Source of the DNA: Microbacterium phage YuuY
Sequence record: MN284901.1
Length of the DNA: 32,000 nt
Reading direction: 5' to 3' (one strand)
The position numbers and the translations under genes were made by a program. Below, piece by piece: positions 18,443 to 26,910 of this stretch; position 1 is the stretch's first letter, and the number at the start of each line of letters is the position of its first letter. Below the pieces are notes generated by a model, which was not told where the DNA came from, ran no database searches, and worked only from the letters and a program-made list of their open reading frames with translations.

Positions 18443-20258
18443 CAGCCTGCTCCATTGTCTCCTTGACGATACGGCCTACCTTGCGAGCTGTCTTATACGG
18501 GGCAGTAAGACAGACGCTATCATGAACCGTGGTGATAAGCTTAGCGCCTAGCTCTCGCAAGCGCAAGTCCCGACTTATTCGGGCCAGGCTGATCAGCATG
18601 AAGTCGCTGCCCGTAGACTGCACGGGGGAGTTGATCGCCTGCCGGAAAGCGTTCTCCTGGACCCAGTAGTCTTCATGGTAGACGCGGGGCAGGTGCCTGA
18701 AGCGGCCGAACTCATTGTGGACGCCACCGTACTCAATGGCCTCCTGTCGCTGCTTCCTGTACCACGGCTCAAGCGCTGAGAAGTTGGTGAAGTACTCCTC
18801 GCGGAAGGCTTCCGACTCCTTCAGTGTCATGACCTGCCCGTAGTTCTCCAGCAGGTATGCCCCGAAGTGTTTAGCGCGCATGCCGTAGACGAATCCGAAG
18901 TTACCACCCTTGGCAGCAGTACGCTGCTCCTTGGTGATGTTGTCGGACCGCGCCAGTCGTTTAGCGAGGTAGGTGTGGATGTCCTCGTCGGCCTCGAACA
19001 GTTCAATCATGGTCGGCTCGTTAGCCAGCCGTGCCACGACACGCAACTCCAACTGACTGAAGTCCGCCTCGATCCACGCCAGCCCGCTCTCGCCGAAGAG
19101 GGTACGTGTGGCCCGGTCCCGTGGAATCTGCTGACTGTTCAGGCCAGGGTTCTTCCAGGGGTCGGTGGCATCCGCCTTCTTCTCGACCTTGGTGGGGCTG
19201 GCACTGGACAGCCTGCCGGTAACCGTGCCCGTCAGCTTGAAGCTGGTGGGGATGCGCCCGTCCCTGGTGCGCTCCATGATGGGGTTGAGGAAGCCAGTCA
19301 GGTTCTTGTACAGCGTGCCACGCTGGGTCAGCAGCCGTGCAGCCGGATGGTCGATCTTGGCCAGGTTCTCCGCTGCCAGGCTGGGCACACCTTCGGGGAA
19401 GGTCTTGCTCGGCTTGCCACGGGCAGGACACACAGCGCCCTGATACTCGAAGAGCCACCACTTGGTCCAGTTGGTGTTACCCCACTTGGGTGTCGTCTTC
19501 TGCAGCCAGTCGGGCCATCGGTCCTTGTCTGGGATGCTGGCGTCCAGCTTCTGCTCGATCTTGGCGATCTGCCCTTCTACGTGGGCTTGCGCCTTCTTCA
19601 CCTTGCCCAGACGGACCGGCAGCTTATTGTCTTCCATCTCCGTGAGCGGCTGGATGGCCGGGATCATGATGTCCCGCATGACACGCACCGGGTCAGCCCC
19701 AGAGCCAGGCTTGATGCGCTTGATGGCCCTCCGCTGCCACTTCACCAGCTCGCGAGTGTAGTGGACGTCCTTGCCGTTGTAGATGCTGACGCGCTTCTTG
19801 CTGGCAGCGAGCACCTTCTTGCTGATGGTCGGGTCGTCTTCGAACCGGCCGAACTCGTCTGCGTAGCCTGCCACGTTGTCGTCAGCCCAGTCCTCGTAGC
19901 CCAGCAGGCGCACGACCAGGTCCTTGAGGCCGACAGGGTGGTTCTCGTCAAGCTGGTGGGCCATGAACATGGAGTCCCACCAGATGCGGATCTTGGCCCC
20001 GTAGCTGCACATCCACCGGCGCTCGAAGGGCGAGTTATGAGCGATCATACGCCGGATGCGGAGCTTGCGCATCTCACGAAGGTCGCGGGGCCACCACACC
20101 AGCACATCGTCCCGGTCCATGTGGCCGAAGCCAATGCACAGGATGCGCCCCTTGCCGACGGTCAGAGACGTGGTCTCGATGTCTACGACGACAGGTGCGC
20201 CGGACTGGTCCAGGAACTCCTGAACCTCAGTGAAGTCGTCACTGATGATGAGCTGCAT
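18357..20258 (-). CDS. Family A DNA polymerase with 3'-5' exonuclease domain
   Basis: Exo: VVVDIETTSLT, IAHNSPFERRW. Pol motifs: A EADFSQLELRV, B KGGNFGFVYGM, C TVHDSV. Confidence 0.95.
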   Translation of the reverse strand: MQLIISDDFTEVQEFLDQSGAPVVVDIETTSLTVGKGRILCIGFGHMDRDDVLVWWPRDLREMRKLRIRRMIAHNSPFERRWMCSYGAKIRIWWDSMFMAHQLDENHPVGLKDLVVRLLGYEDWADDNVAGYADEFGRFEDDPTISKKVLAASKKRVSIYNGKDVHYTRELVKWQRRAIKRIKPGSGADPVRVMRDIMIPAIQPLTEMEDNKLPVRLGKVKKAQAHVEGQIAKIEQKLDASIPDKDRWPDWLQKTTPKWGNTNWTKWWLFEYQGAVCPARGKPSKTFPEGVPSLAAENLAKIDHPAARLLTQRGTLYKNLTGFLNPIMERTRDGRIPTSFKLTGTVTGRLSSASPTKVEKKADATDPWKNPGLNSQQIPRDRATRTLFGESGLAWIEADFSQLELRVVARLANEPTMIELFEADEDIHTYLAKRLARSDNITKEQRTAAKGGNFGFVYGMRAKHFGAYLLENYGQVMTLKESEAFREEYFTNFSALEPWYRKQRQEAIEYGGVHNEFGRFRHLPRVYHEDYWVQENAFRQAINSPVQSTGSDFMLISLARISRDLRLRELGAKLITTVHDSVCLTAPYKTARKVGRIVKETMEQADDSLERKFFLKADVTISRCWGGEPLAEF

Positions 20259-20263
20259 GGTGG

Positions 20264-20281
20264 ACTCCTAAGTTGAGGAGT
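20264..20281. promoter_or_regulatory. Inverted repeat ACTCCT-aagttg-AGGAGT just upstream of the polymerase start
   Basis: Perfect 6-bp arms, 5 bp from the ATG at 20258. Confidence 0.4.
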
Positions 20282-20336
20282 CGTTCAACGGAGACTAATC
20301 CGCCTGGTGGAAGCCTTACCTTCACTACCCAAGAAG

Positions 20337-20406
20337 TGGACCGACCAGGACTTGAACCTGGATCTCCAGCCATGCGATGACTGGGCTCTACTTGAGCTAT
20401 TGGTCC
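20337..20406 (-). tRNA. tRNA-like gene with reduced D-loop; anticodon reads CGC by best folding (Ala by code), CCA not encoded
   Basis: Manual fold of GGACCAATAGCTCAAGTAGAGCCCAGTCATCGCATGGCTGGAGATCCAGGTTCAAGTCCTGGTCGGTCCA: D-stem GCTC/GAGC with AAGTA loop, anticodon stem CAGTC/GGCTG, T-arm CCAGG-TTCAAGT-CCTGG, acceptor with one A-C mismatch. Confidence 0.6.
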
Positions 20407-20413
20407 CAGGGAA

Positions 20414-20446
20414 GACCCCCGGTGCCGAGGGGAAGCACCGGGGGTC
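20414..20446 (-). terminator. Strong hairpin downstream of the basic-tailed protein gene, upstream of the tRNA-like gene
   Basis: Perfect 12-bp stem gacccccggtgc (20414-20425) / gcaccgggggtc (20435-20446), 9-nt loop. Confidence 0.75.
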
Positions 20447-20453
20447 GTTGGGG

Positions 20454-20843
20454 TCAGCGCGTGGGACGCTTGCGAGCTGCGGGCTTGGCAGCGGCCTTCG
20501 CCGGAGCCTTGGCCGGAGCCTTCTTCGCAGGAGCCTTCTTCGCTGCGGGCTTGGCCGGAGCTTCGGCCTTCTCCGCGCGCTCCAGCTCCCAGCCGGACGG
20601 CAGGTCGCCAGCGTTGGCGATGGCCTCCTCGACCAGGTCGTCGAAGGTGCCGTCCTCGATGGCGTTGACGAACGCCTGGTACGCGATGGCTCGCATGACC
20701 TTGTAACGGGCGTGCTGGACCTCGAGGCCCGCACCCTCGAGGAAGCGGCTGATGCCCTCGTTGATGATCTGCTTCGGGGTCTGCTCGACCTCGGTCTCCT
20801 CGACGGTCTCTTCGAGGACTGCTGCCTTGGTGGAACGTGCCAT
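20454..20843 (-). CDS. Nucleoid-associated-like protein with histone H1-like Lys/Ala/Pro tail
   Basis: 129 aa; C-terminus KPAAKKAPAKKAPAKAPAKAAAKPAARKRPTR. Confidence 0.7.
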   Translation of the reverse strand: MARSTKAAVLEETVEETEVEQTPKQIINEGISRFLEGAGLEVQHARYKVMRAIAYQAFVNAIEDGTFDDLVEEAIANAGDLPSGWELERAEKAEAPAKPAAKKAPAKKAPAKAPAKAAAKPAARKRPTR

Positions 20844-20905
20844 GATGCTCTCCTTGATGATGTGTACTGCTATGGATTATGGGGGCTGCTGCCCTGACAT
20901 GTACA

Positions 20906-20934
20906 AGTATGCACGCCCTCGGGGGAGAATGCAA
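20906..20934 (-). promoter_or_regulatory. Putative promoter TTGCAT-N17-CATACT
   Basis: -35 20929-20934, -10 20906-20911; upstream of the 20843 gene. Confidence 0.5.
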
Positions 20935-20937
20935 GTC

Positions 20938-22308
20938 CTAGGAGAAACTTTTTTGGCGGATCCGTTTGACGACCTTCTGGAGATGGTTGTGGTCGTCTTG
21001 CAGGGTGGTCCACACGTCCTCGTCCACAGTGCCCCGGCCACACAAGAACCACACGGTCGGGCTGGCCGGAGACAGCTTGATGCGGTCGCTGGCTTGCTTG
21101 AACGTGACGTAGTTGAAGTCGCTGGTATACCAGACGAGGTCCTGAGCCACCGAGATGTCCACGGCCATCGCCACGGTCCGGGGCTGCACCAGCAGCACGC
21201 GCGCATCCGGGTCTGACTGGAAGCGCTCGATGACCCGGTTCTTGTCTGGTGTGGCCCCAGTGATCACCAGGTGCCCGATGCCCTTGATGCGCATGTACCG
21301 GCGCACCAGCTTGACCTCCCAGAGATGTGTCGCTGCGATGATGATCTTGCCGTCGCACTTGCGGAGCACCTTGCCCAGCGCTGCCAGCCGTGCCCGTGCT
21401 GCTGCTGGCACCGTGAACGAGTCACCCTCGTCGTCCTTGAACCACCCAGCGACCAAGGTACGCATCCGGAGCAGGCGTGTCAGTGGGTTGAGGCCGACCA
21501 CGGCACGCTCGCCTACGTAGACCACCCCCTTCTTGAACATGTCCTTGTGCATCTTCGCCACTTCGGCGGGCACGGGGTAGGTCACCTTGCGGATGGGCAC
21601 TGGCTTACCAGGCCCGACCATAGTGACGACGTTCGGCTGGATGTAGGCGTTCAGCTCGGCCTGCCTACGCGGGCGCACCAGCTCGGGGAAGCCCTTGACC
21701 GTGGTCCACTCTCCGAAGTGATCACGGAAGTCACTTGCCGTTTCCCAGTGATCACGGATGGCCGGGTCCAGGAACGTCCACTGACCATAGACGGCGTCGA
21801 CCTGGCTGGGGTTGGTAACCGGCGTACCGGTCATGAGAAGTCGGTACTTCCACTTGTGCGCCAGCGGCCGGATGTTCTTGCCGATGACACTGTTCGGGGT
21901 CTTGATGATGTGGCTCTCGTCCAGCAGCATCATGCCTTGGTTGCTGCACAGCTTGGCCATCTTGTCCAGGAAGGGCTTCAGTCGCTTCCATGGTGCCTTG
22001 GCGAACTGGTCGTAGTTCACGAAGAGGAGGGTGGTGCCCTTGAACATGGCCTGGCTGGGGTACTCGTTGCCTGCCGTCAGTGGGAAGAACCTGTACGTGA
22101 TGCCCAGCCACTTAGCGGCCTCGGTGCGCCATGTGGCCTCGGCGATCTTCGGCCCCACAATGACGGCGACCTTGGGCTTATGGTGCTCAATCCACTTGAG
22201 AGCGACTGCGGTCTTGCCTGAGCGTGGCTCTGCCCACAAGGCAGCGAAGGTGCGCCCCGGCTCCGTCAGGACCCTGAGGGCGACCTTCTGGCTGTCTCGT
22301 AGCTGCAT
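20938..22308 (-). CDS. SNF2/SF2-type DNA helicase
   Basis: AEPRSGKTAVALKWI, LLLDESHIIKTP, LLMTGTPVTN, and C-terminal QASDRIKLSP helicase motifs. Confidence 0.88.
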   Translation of the reverse strand: MQLRDSQKVALRVLTEPGRTFAALWAEPRSGKTAVALKWIEHHKPKVAVIVGPKIAEATWRTEAAKWLGITYRFFPLTAGNEYPSQAMFKGTTLLFVNYDQFAKAPWKRLKPFLDKMAKLCSNQGMMLLDESHIIKTPNSVIGKNIRPLAHKWKYRLLMTGTPVTNPSQVDAVYGQWTFLDPAIRDHWETASDFRDHFGEWTTVKGFPELVRPRRQAELNAYIQPNVVTMVGPGKPVPIRKVTYPVPAEVAKMHKDMFKKGVVYVGERAVVGLNPLTRLLRMRTLVAGWFKDDEGDSFTVPAAARARLAALGKVLRKCDGKIIIAATHLWEVKLVRRYMRIKGIGHLVITGATPDKNRVIERFQSDPDARVLLVQPRTVAMAVDISVAQDLVWYTSDFNYVTFKQASDRIKLSPASPTVWFLCGRGTVDEDVWTTLQDDHNHLQKVVKRIRQKSFS

Positions 22309-22469
22309 TACGCACGCCCTGTAATGTGCCAGATGTAGACAGTGCGGATGTCCACCTGGTAGAGACGGGCCAGCGCTGCCATGTAGTTACGGTTGATCTG
22401 GATGAGCTGGTTCTCCAGCGACACCCTCAGCGCCGGGCTGACCGAGGCCAGCACCTTGTCCGGGTCCAT
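22308..22469 (-). CDS. Small HTH-like protein (53 aa), absent from the supplied ORF track
   Basis: Manual translation: MDPDKVLASVSPALRVSLENQLIQINRNYMAALARLYQVDIRTVYIWHITGRA*; TAATG overlap with the helicase start; SD ggagg. Confidence 0.6.
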   Translation of the reverse strand: MDPDKVLASVSPALRVSLENQLIQINRNYMAALARLYQVDIRTVYIWHITGRA

Positions 22470-22747
22470 CATTCCTCCTTGAGCCGTGCCACGACACGGA
22501 ACATTGATCGGTACTGCATTAGGTCATCGCTGCGCTCAATCTCAAACTCCCAGCGATAACCCTCAGGGGGTTCGGGGAGCAGACGCATAAGGCGCTCCTG
22601 CTCGGCGTTCAGCTTCTCCACCAGCCGGTAGATGGCCTCGTTGGTGTGGCCCATCAAGCTGGTGAGATCCTCCCCGTTGACAGACAGGGTCTCGGACTTC
22701 TTGCTGAACGGGTACTGCACGAACGGTATGCGCTGCTCCCCGAACAT
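22469..22747 (-). CDS. Hypothetical protein
   Basis: 92 aa, intact in a tightly packed operon. Confidence 0.6.
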   Translation of the reverse strand: MFGEQRIPFVQYPFSKKSETLSVNGEDLTSLMGHTNEAIYRLVEKLNAEQERLMRLLPEPPEGYRWEFEIERSDDLMQYRSMFRVVARLKEE

Positions 22748-22749
22748 GG

Positions 22750-23181
22750 TTACACCTTCGCGATGTCCTGGTCGGCCACACCATGCGCCAGCAGAGCGCG
22801 GAGGTTCGGGCGGAAGTAGTTCGGCCCCTTCTTGACCCGGCCAGGGAAGATGCCATCGGGGTCGTTCTCGCCCGCGATGATGGGCTTACCGTCCTCGCCG
22901 AACTTGGACATGTTGCTGCGGTGGACCTCGTCGAAGAGCACTTCGGCATCGATGCCCATAACCACCAGGCCACCGAACGCCACGTACAGGATGTCGATCA
23001 GGGCGTCGGCCTGCTCCACCATGTCGTTCGTCTGAAGAGCCTGCAGGAACTCCTCAAGCTCCTCCCGGATCAGCTCGTGGCGGACTGCCCTCTGGCCCTC
23101 GGGCACTGCCCGCGCCTTGTGCCCGACCGGGAGGTCCATGGCCCGCTGGAACTCAAGGACCTGCTGCTGCATCTTGTTCAT
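22750..23181 (-). CDS. MazG-like nucleotide pyrophosphohydrolase
   Basis: All-alpha NTP-PPase motifs ELIREELEEFLQAL ... VEQADALIDILYVAFGG. Confidence 0.8.
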   Translation of the reverse strand: MNKMQQQVLEFQRAMDLPVGHKARAVPEGQRAVRHELIREELEEFLQALQTNDMVEQADALIDILYVAFGGLVVMGIDAEVLFDEVHRSNMSKFGEDGKPIIAGENDPDGIFPGRVKKGPNYFRPNLRALLAHGVADQDIAKV

Positions 23182-23774
23182 CGGTTCTTCTTCCTGTCTG
23201 CGCGTACTACGCGCCTCTCTTTTTCGAACGTTTCGGTCAAGTGGTCCACTTCGTCCCAGTTGACCAGGGTCACGTCCTCGGGGTCTTCCACCGAGAACGG
23301 GTTGAGCACTATCTGGATGGCCTCAGCGAAACCCCGCGCCTCGTTGGTGAGCGCCTCCTTGTCCTTGGGGCTGCGGCTCTTGTCGGCCGTGTCCATCAGC
23401 TCGTCGTAGCTGTTCATCAGCTTGCGTACCAGGTGCGCGCCGACCGTGTCGCCAGCCTTGAGCACCGAGTTGAAGCGCACGCGCTTGTCGGGGATGTGCT
23501 TGAACGCGCTGGTGGTCAGGAACCTGGCGATCTGCTCGCTGGTCTCCTGGCCTGCATCCAGCGCGGCCTCGATCCCGTCGGCGATGACATCCACCGTCGT
23601 GACCTTGCCCTTGCGGATCTTCTCCCGGTCGTCGATCACGGCGAACAGGATGCCCCTGCCGCTGAACGCCTTGGCCTCCTTGTGACAGTCGCAGTCGCAG
23701 TGACGCCCGCTGCACATGGCATGGGACCCCGGCGACTCGAACGTGCAGAAGCCAGAATTCTTCATCCCAGGCAT
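23178..23774 (-). CDS. Hypothetical protein with Cys/His cluster
   Basis: Start MPGMKNSG at 23774 preceded by gaaggagggcacc; contains MCSGRHCDCDCH. Confidence 0.6.
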   Translation of the reverse strand: MPGMKNSGFCTFESPGSHAMCSGRHCDCDCHKEAKAFSGRGILFAVIDDREKIRKGKVTTVDVIADGIEAALDAGQETSEQIARFLTTSAFKHIPDKRVRFNSVLKAGDTVGAHLVRKLMNSYDELMDTADKSRSPKDKEALTNEARGFAEAIQIVLNPFSVEDPEDVTLVNWDEVDHLTETFEKERRVVRADRKKNR

Positions 23775-23934
23775 GGTGCCCTCCTTCGTTGTTTGTAGGA
23801 CGAGGCCTTCATCCCTGTACCGATCCAACTCACGCGCGGCCTCCTGGCGTGTGGCCTTGGGGTACGGTCGCTTGGACCGCTGGAGCAGCACCCCCACCTT
23901 GAACAGATGATCAGAGTGGGGGTGCTGGCTGGCC

Positions 23935-24537
23935 TTAGCCGATGTGCTGGTCGGCATACTGAAGCAGCTCCAGCAGCGTCTCGTCGTCCTTCACGAGCTT
24001 CTCGTATGCACTGCCCCACGGGAAGCCCGGTGCGCTGAAGACGACCAGGTTCTGCTCGAACTCGTTGGTCTCGGGGTCGTTGTAGACCTCCATGACCGAC
24101 ACGGTCTTGAACAGGTTGAAGCCTCGCATCTGGTTCATGCCAGCGAGCCAGTCCGTCCAGTGGAAGTAGGTCTGGGTCACGGTGTCCAGGTCTCCGGGCT
24201 GGTAGCCCTCGCCCACGGCCTCCACACGGGCTGCCAGCACGCCGTCTCCCGTGAGCCGGTGCGTCTTGAGCACCAGGTGGGTGTCCGGCATGGCGAAGAC
24301 GGTGCGCTCGCGTGCGTCGTTCCACTCGGTGGTCGGCAGGGCCAGCCGGTAGACCAGGTGCGTCAGCCAGTCGATGCGGTCGAAAGTGATGACCGCGTCC
24401 GGGAACTCAGCGACGTCGGCCTTGGCCTGCGCATAGTTGTCGACGTTGGCGTTGTAGATAGCCCCTGCCGACCATGCCAGGTTGTTCGCGCTGGTGGTCT
24501 TGCCGGTCTCGTCAGGTCCTTCGAATGCGATAAGCAT
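23935..24537 (-). CDS. Deoxynucleoside monophosphate / thymidylate kinase-like P-loop kinase
   Basis: MLIAFEGPDETGKTTSANNLA Walker A of the TMK type; ITFDRIDWLTHLVY. Confidence 0.75.
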   Translation of the reverse strand: MLIAFEGPDETGKTTSANNLAWSAGAIYNANVDNYAQAKADVAEFPDAVITFDRIDWLTHLVYRLALPTTEWNDARERTVFAMPDTHLVLKTHRLTGDGVLAARVEAVGEGYQPGDLDTVTQTYFHWTDWLAGMNQMRGFNLFKTVSVMEVYNDPETNEFEQNLVVFSAPGFPWGSAYEKLVKDDETLLELLQYADQHIG

Positions 24538-24556
24538 GTGTGCTCTCCTTGGTTCG

Positions 24557-25501
24557 TTACAGCAGTTCAGCCAGTGGTATTTCCACCGGCTCGGAGTCGG
24601 TGGCCTTGTACCACTGCCTCCAGTTTACACCTACCCGCATGACCCCGCCTGCCTTGTTCTTCATGGACTCGCGGAGGAACGGATGGATGTCAGGGTAGTC
24701 AATCGCTGCGTTCTCGATGTCTACCCTACGTGCTTCAGGATCGGTCGGGTCCAGCGGGATGGTCGTCTCTATGTTGCCGTCCTGGTCGAAGGCTACCACA
24801 GGCATCGTGAACCACTGCTGCCCACGGGTCATAACGTCCATGGCGAACGCCACGTCCTCGCCGTGCATGTGGAAGCGCTTCGGCAGCTCGAAGTTCTCCA
24901 TCCGTGTCACATCGTAGAACATGACGCTGGCCGGGAAGGTGCCCTTATTGAGTGTGGCCCCGATGCTGGTGTCCACGTCTCCACTGAAGAGCGCGTTCCG
25001 GGCTGCCCCGTACACTGCATCGTCCACGGCCTCGAAGACCCCGTCAGCGAGACGGCAGGCGACAGCCAGGCTGCGCACCAGCAGCATCGGCTCAGCGATC
25101 CCTGAGACCCCCGTGCTGTATCGCCTCGTGTGGTCGGGCTTGCCGTCCCGGGCGATGCGCTCCAGGAGAGACAGGTGCCGGATGTCGTCATCGAACATTA
25201 CGATGCGCTCGTACCCTCTCTCCAGCGCGTCTTCCAGGGCTTGGGTGCGCGCTGGCCCCAGCCCCGGCCTACGCACGAGCACAGTCGTCGCCCAGGGGTA
25301 GTGCTTCTCGTACAGCTTGCGCTCCTCCCGACGGACCACGATGTGGACCCGGCGCTGGATGCTGGCCGGTGCGGTCTGCAGCAGGTTCAGGAACGGTGCC
25401 GTGCCTCCCCTGGTGTAGCTGGGCACGTAGATCGGCCACACCCAACTAGACTTCGCTCGGCCAAGCAACTTCACATGTTCGTTATGCACGATTCCATCCA
25501 T
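24557..25501 (-). CDS. GT-A-like glycosyltransferase, resembles TET-associated glycosyltransferases (TAGT)
   Basis: WPIYVPSYTRGG; GLGPARTQALEDALERGYERIVMFDDDI DxD motif; start MDGIVHNEHVK at 25501 (track start at 25591 overlaps the upstream gene). Confidence 0.65.
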   Translation of the reverse strand: MDGIVHNEHVKLLGRAKSSWVWPIYVPSYTRGGTAPFLNLLQTAPASIQRRVHIVVRREERKLYEKHYPWATTVLVRRPGLGPARTQALEDALERGYERIVMFDDDIRHLSLLERIARDGKPDHTRRYSTGVSGIAEPMLLVRSLAVACRLADGVFEAVDDAVYGAARNALFSGDVDTSIGATLNKGTFPASVMFYDVTRMENFELPKRFHMHGEDVAFAMDVMTRGQQWFTMPVVAFDQDGNIETTIPLDPTDPEARRVDIENAAIDYPDIHPFLRESMKNKAGGVMRVGVNWRQWYKATDSEPVEIPLAELL

Positions 25502-25703
25502 CCCATTCAAACTCAGTGCGGGAGCGGCCGACTCGCGAGTACGTACCCTCCCTGTGACGAACCAGGTCCATCGGGTTGCCAGTCTCACCATAGGCGAAGC
25601 TGGGTGGCAGCATCTCCCTGATGTGGAAGTGGTTCACCCCATCGTCTAGCGAAATGGCCTTGCCGTGCATGGGGCCTCCGAAGAGGGCGATCTGCTGAAC
25701 CAC
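25482..25703 (-). CDS. Small hypothetical protein
   Basis: 73 aa; GTG start after caaggagtccacacc. Confidence 0.55.
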   Translation of the reverse strand: MVQQIALFGGPMHGKAISLDDGVNHFHIREMLPPSFAYGETGNPMDLVRHREGTYSRVGRSRTEFEWDGWNRA

Positions 25704-25771
25704 GGTGTGGACTCCTTGGTATGGTGCTCCCCCTGCCCCGGCGTGTGCAGCAGGACAGGGGGAGACTCGGG

Positions 25772-26053
25772 TTACTTCTTACGGTGCAGGGCACCCCAGC
25801 CCCAGCGGGCACCAGCGACGAAGGCGTCCATGGTGTTCTTGGGCATCTGGTCGTTCTTGAACATGTCCAGAGCGACGGCTTCCGACTCACGGTTGTAGGC
25901 CACGATGTCCGGCTTGGGCTTGCGGATCTGCCACTTGCGGGCAGCGTTCAGCGCACCCACGAAGATGGCGAACAGGATGATCAGAGCACCGAACACCATC
26001 ATGGCCAGGAAGAACCAACCGAGGATCGGCAGCACCCACTCCCAGGGGTTCAC
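25772..26053 (-). CDS. Small membrane protein (GTG start)
   Basis: 93 aa VNPWEWVLPILGWFFLAMMVFGALIILFAIFVG...; overlaps the stop of the 26832 gene. The longer track ORF (to 26605) is a shadow extension. Confidence 0.65.
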   Translation of the reverse strand: MNPWEWVLPILGWFFLAMMVFGALIILFAIFVGALNAARKWQIRKPKPDIVAYNRESEAVALDMFKNDQMPKNTMDAFVAGARWGWGALHRKK

Positions 26054-26832
26054 AGCGCACCGTCCTCGAACAGTGCCTCGCCCGTGCCAGCAGGCTCGTC
26101 CTGGTGCGGGGGTGCCCACACACGGCGAGCCAGGCGCTCCTCGATGTCTGCAGCCGTGTCGGCCAGCAGTTCGAAGTGACGCGGGTAGACGTGCAGGTTG
26201 GCGACCTGGAAGGTGATGTTGCCCCGGCGCACGTTGCGACCACGGTTGTTCAGATCGATGAGCAGACGCTTCATCAGGTCGTCCCACATGCTGTAGTCGG
26301 CACGGTAGCCGAACACGGCGTCCATGCTGCGCATCTGCGCGATGATGTGCAGTCGACCACCCTCGTCCACCATGAAGTTGAGCGCGTTGGTGCAGATGAA
26401 GTCGTTGCGGTCGTTGTGCGTGGCGAGCTGGTGGATGTCGCGGTCGCTGATGATGGCCACGGCGTGCCGGGTCTCCAGCCCCTCCTTGATCAGTGTGATG
26501 AGCACGCGGTCGTAGAGCGGGGTGACGCGGGGCAGCAGCTCGTCGTCTCGGCTGAACAGGATGTGGCCGTAGGCACTGTTCACCTTGCCGTCCCAGCCAG
26601 CGCACGCCTGGAACAGCTTCGGCACCGGCCCTTCCATGTCCTTGAGCGCGTTGCTGCCGGAGTTGAACCAGGCCAGCTCACGGCGCACCCAGTCCTCGTT
26701 CACCTGGCCGATCATGCTGTCCTGGGTGGCCAGCCAGTTCACCGAGTACAGTACCCGATTCCCGGTGCGCTCGTCGATGGGTGCGCTGGCAAGGGCCAGG
26801 ACCACATCGTCAATAGTGTTCTGCTTCAGCAT
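26050..26832 (-). CDS. Thymidylate synthase superfamily protein, candidate dCMP hydroxymethylase
   Basis: ICTNALNF (catalytic Cys147), GRLHIIAQMRSMD, GYRADYSMW (Asp179 at TS Asn177-equivalent), NLHVYPRH. Confidence 0.8.
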   Translation of the reverse strand: MLKQNTIDDVVLALASAPIDERTGNRVLYSVNWLATQDSMIGQVNEDWVRRELAWFNSGSNALKDMEGPVPKLFQACAGWDGKVNSAYGHILFSRDDELLPRVTPLYDRVLITLIKEGLETRHAVAIISDRDIHQLATHNDRNDFICTNALNFMVDEGGRLHIIAQMRSMDAVFGYRADYSMWDDLMKRLLIDLNNRGRNVRRGNITFQVANLHVYPRHFELLADTAADIEERLARRVWAPPHQDEPAGTGEALFEDGAL

Positions 26833-26865
26833 ATTGTCCTCCTTGGACTGCTATGGGGTGGTTAT

Positions 26866-26895
26866 AGGGTACTGCAGAGCGGGGCGCTTGCGCAA
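26866..26895 (-). promoter_or_regulatory. Putative promoter TTGCGC-N18-TACCCT for the TS/hydroxymethylase gene
   Basis: -35 26890-26895, -10 26866-26871; -35 sits in the loop of GGAGtGGGG...CCCCgCTC hairpin. Confidence 0.45.
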
Positions 26896-26910
26896 CCCCA
26901 CTCCGAAATT

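Noticed and set aside
18867-20276. 469-aa + strand ORF
   Set aside because: Antisense to family A polymerase with all three motifs; it is a third-position GC artefact.
20460-20590. Short repeats considered as a regulatory repeat array
   Set aside because: Explained by AAKKAPAKKAPAK codons of the basic tail.
25772-26605. 277-aa minus ORF as a long protein
   Set aside because: Only the last 93 codons (from GTG 26053) look like real coding sequence; upstream part is the shadow frame of the TS-like gene.
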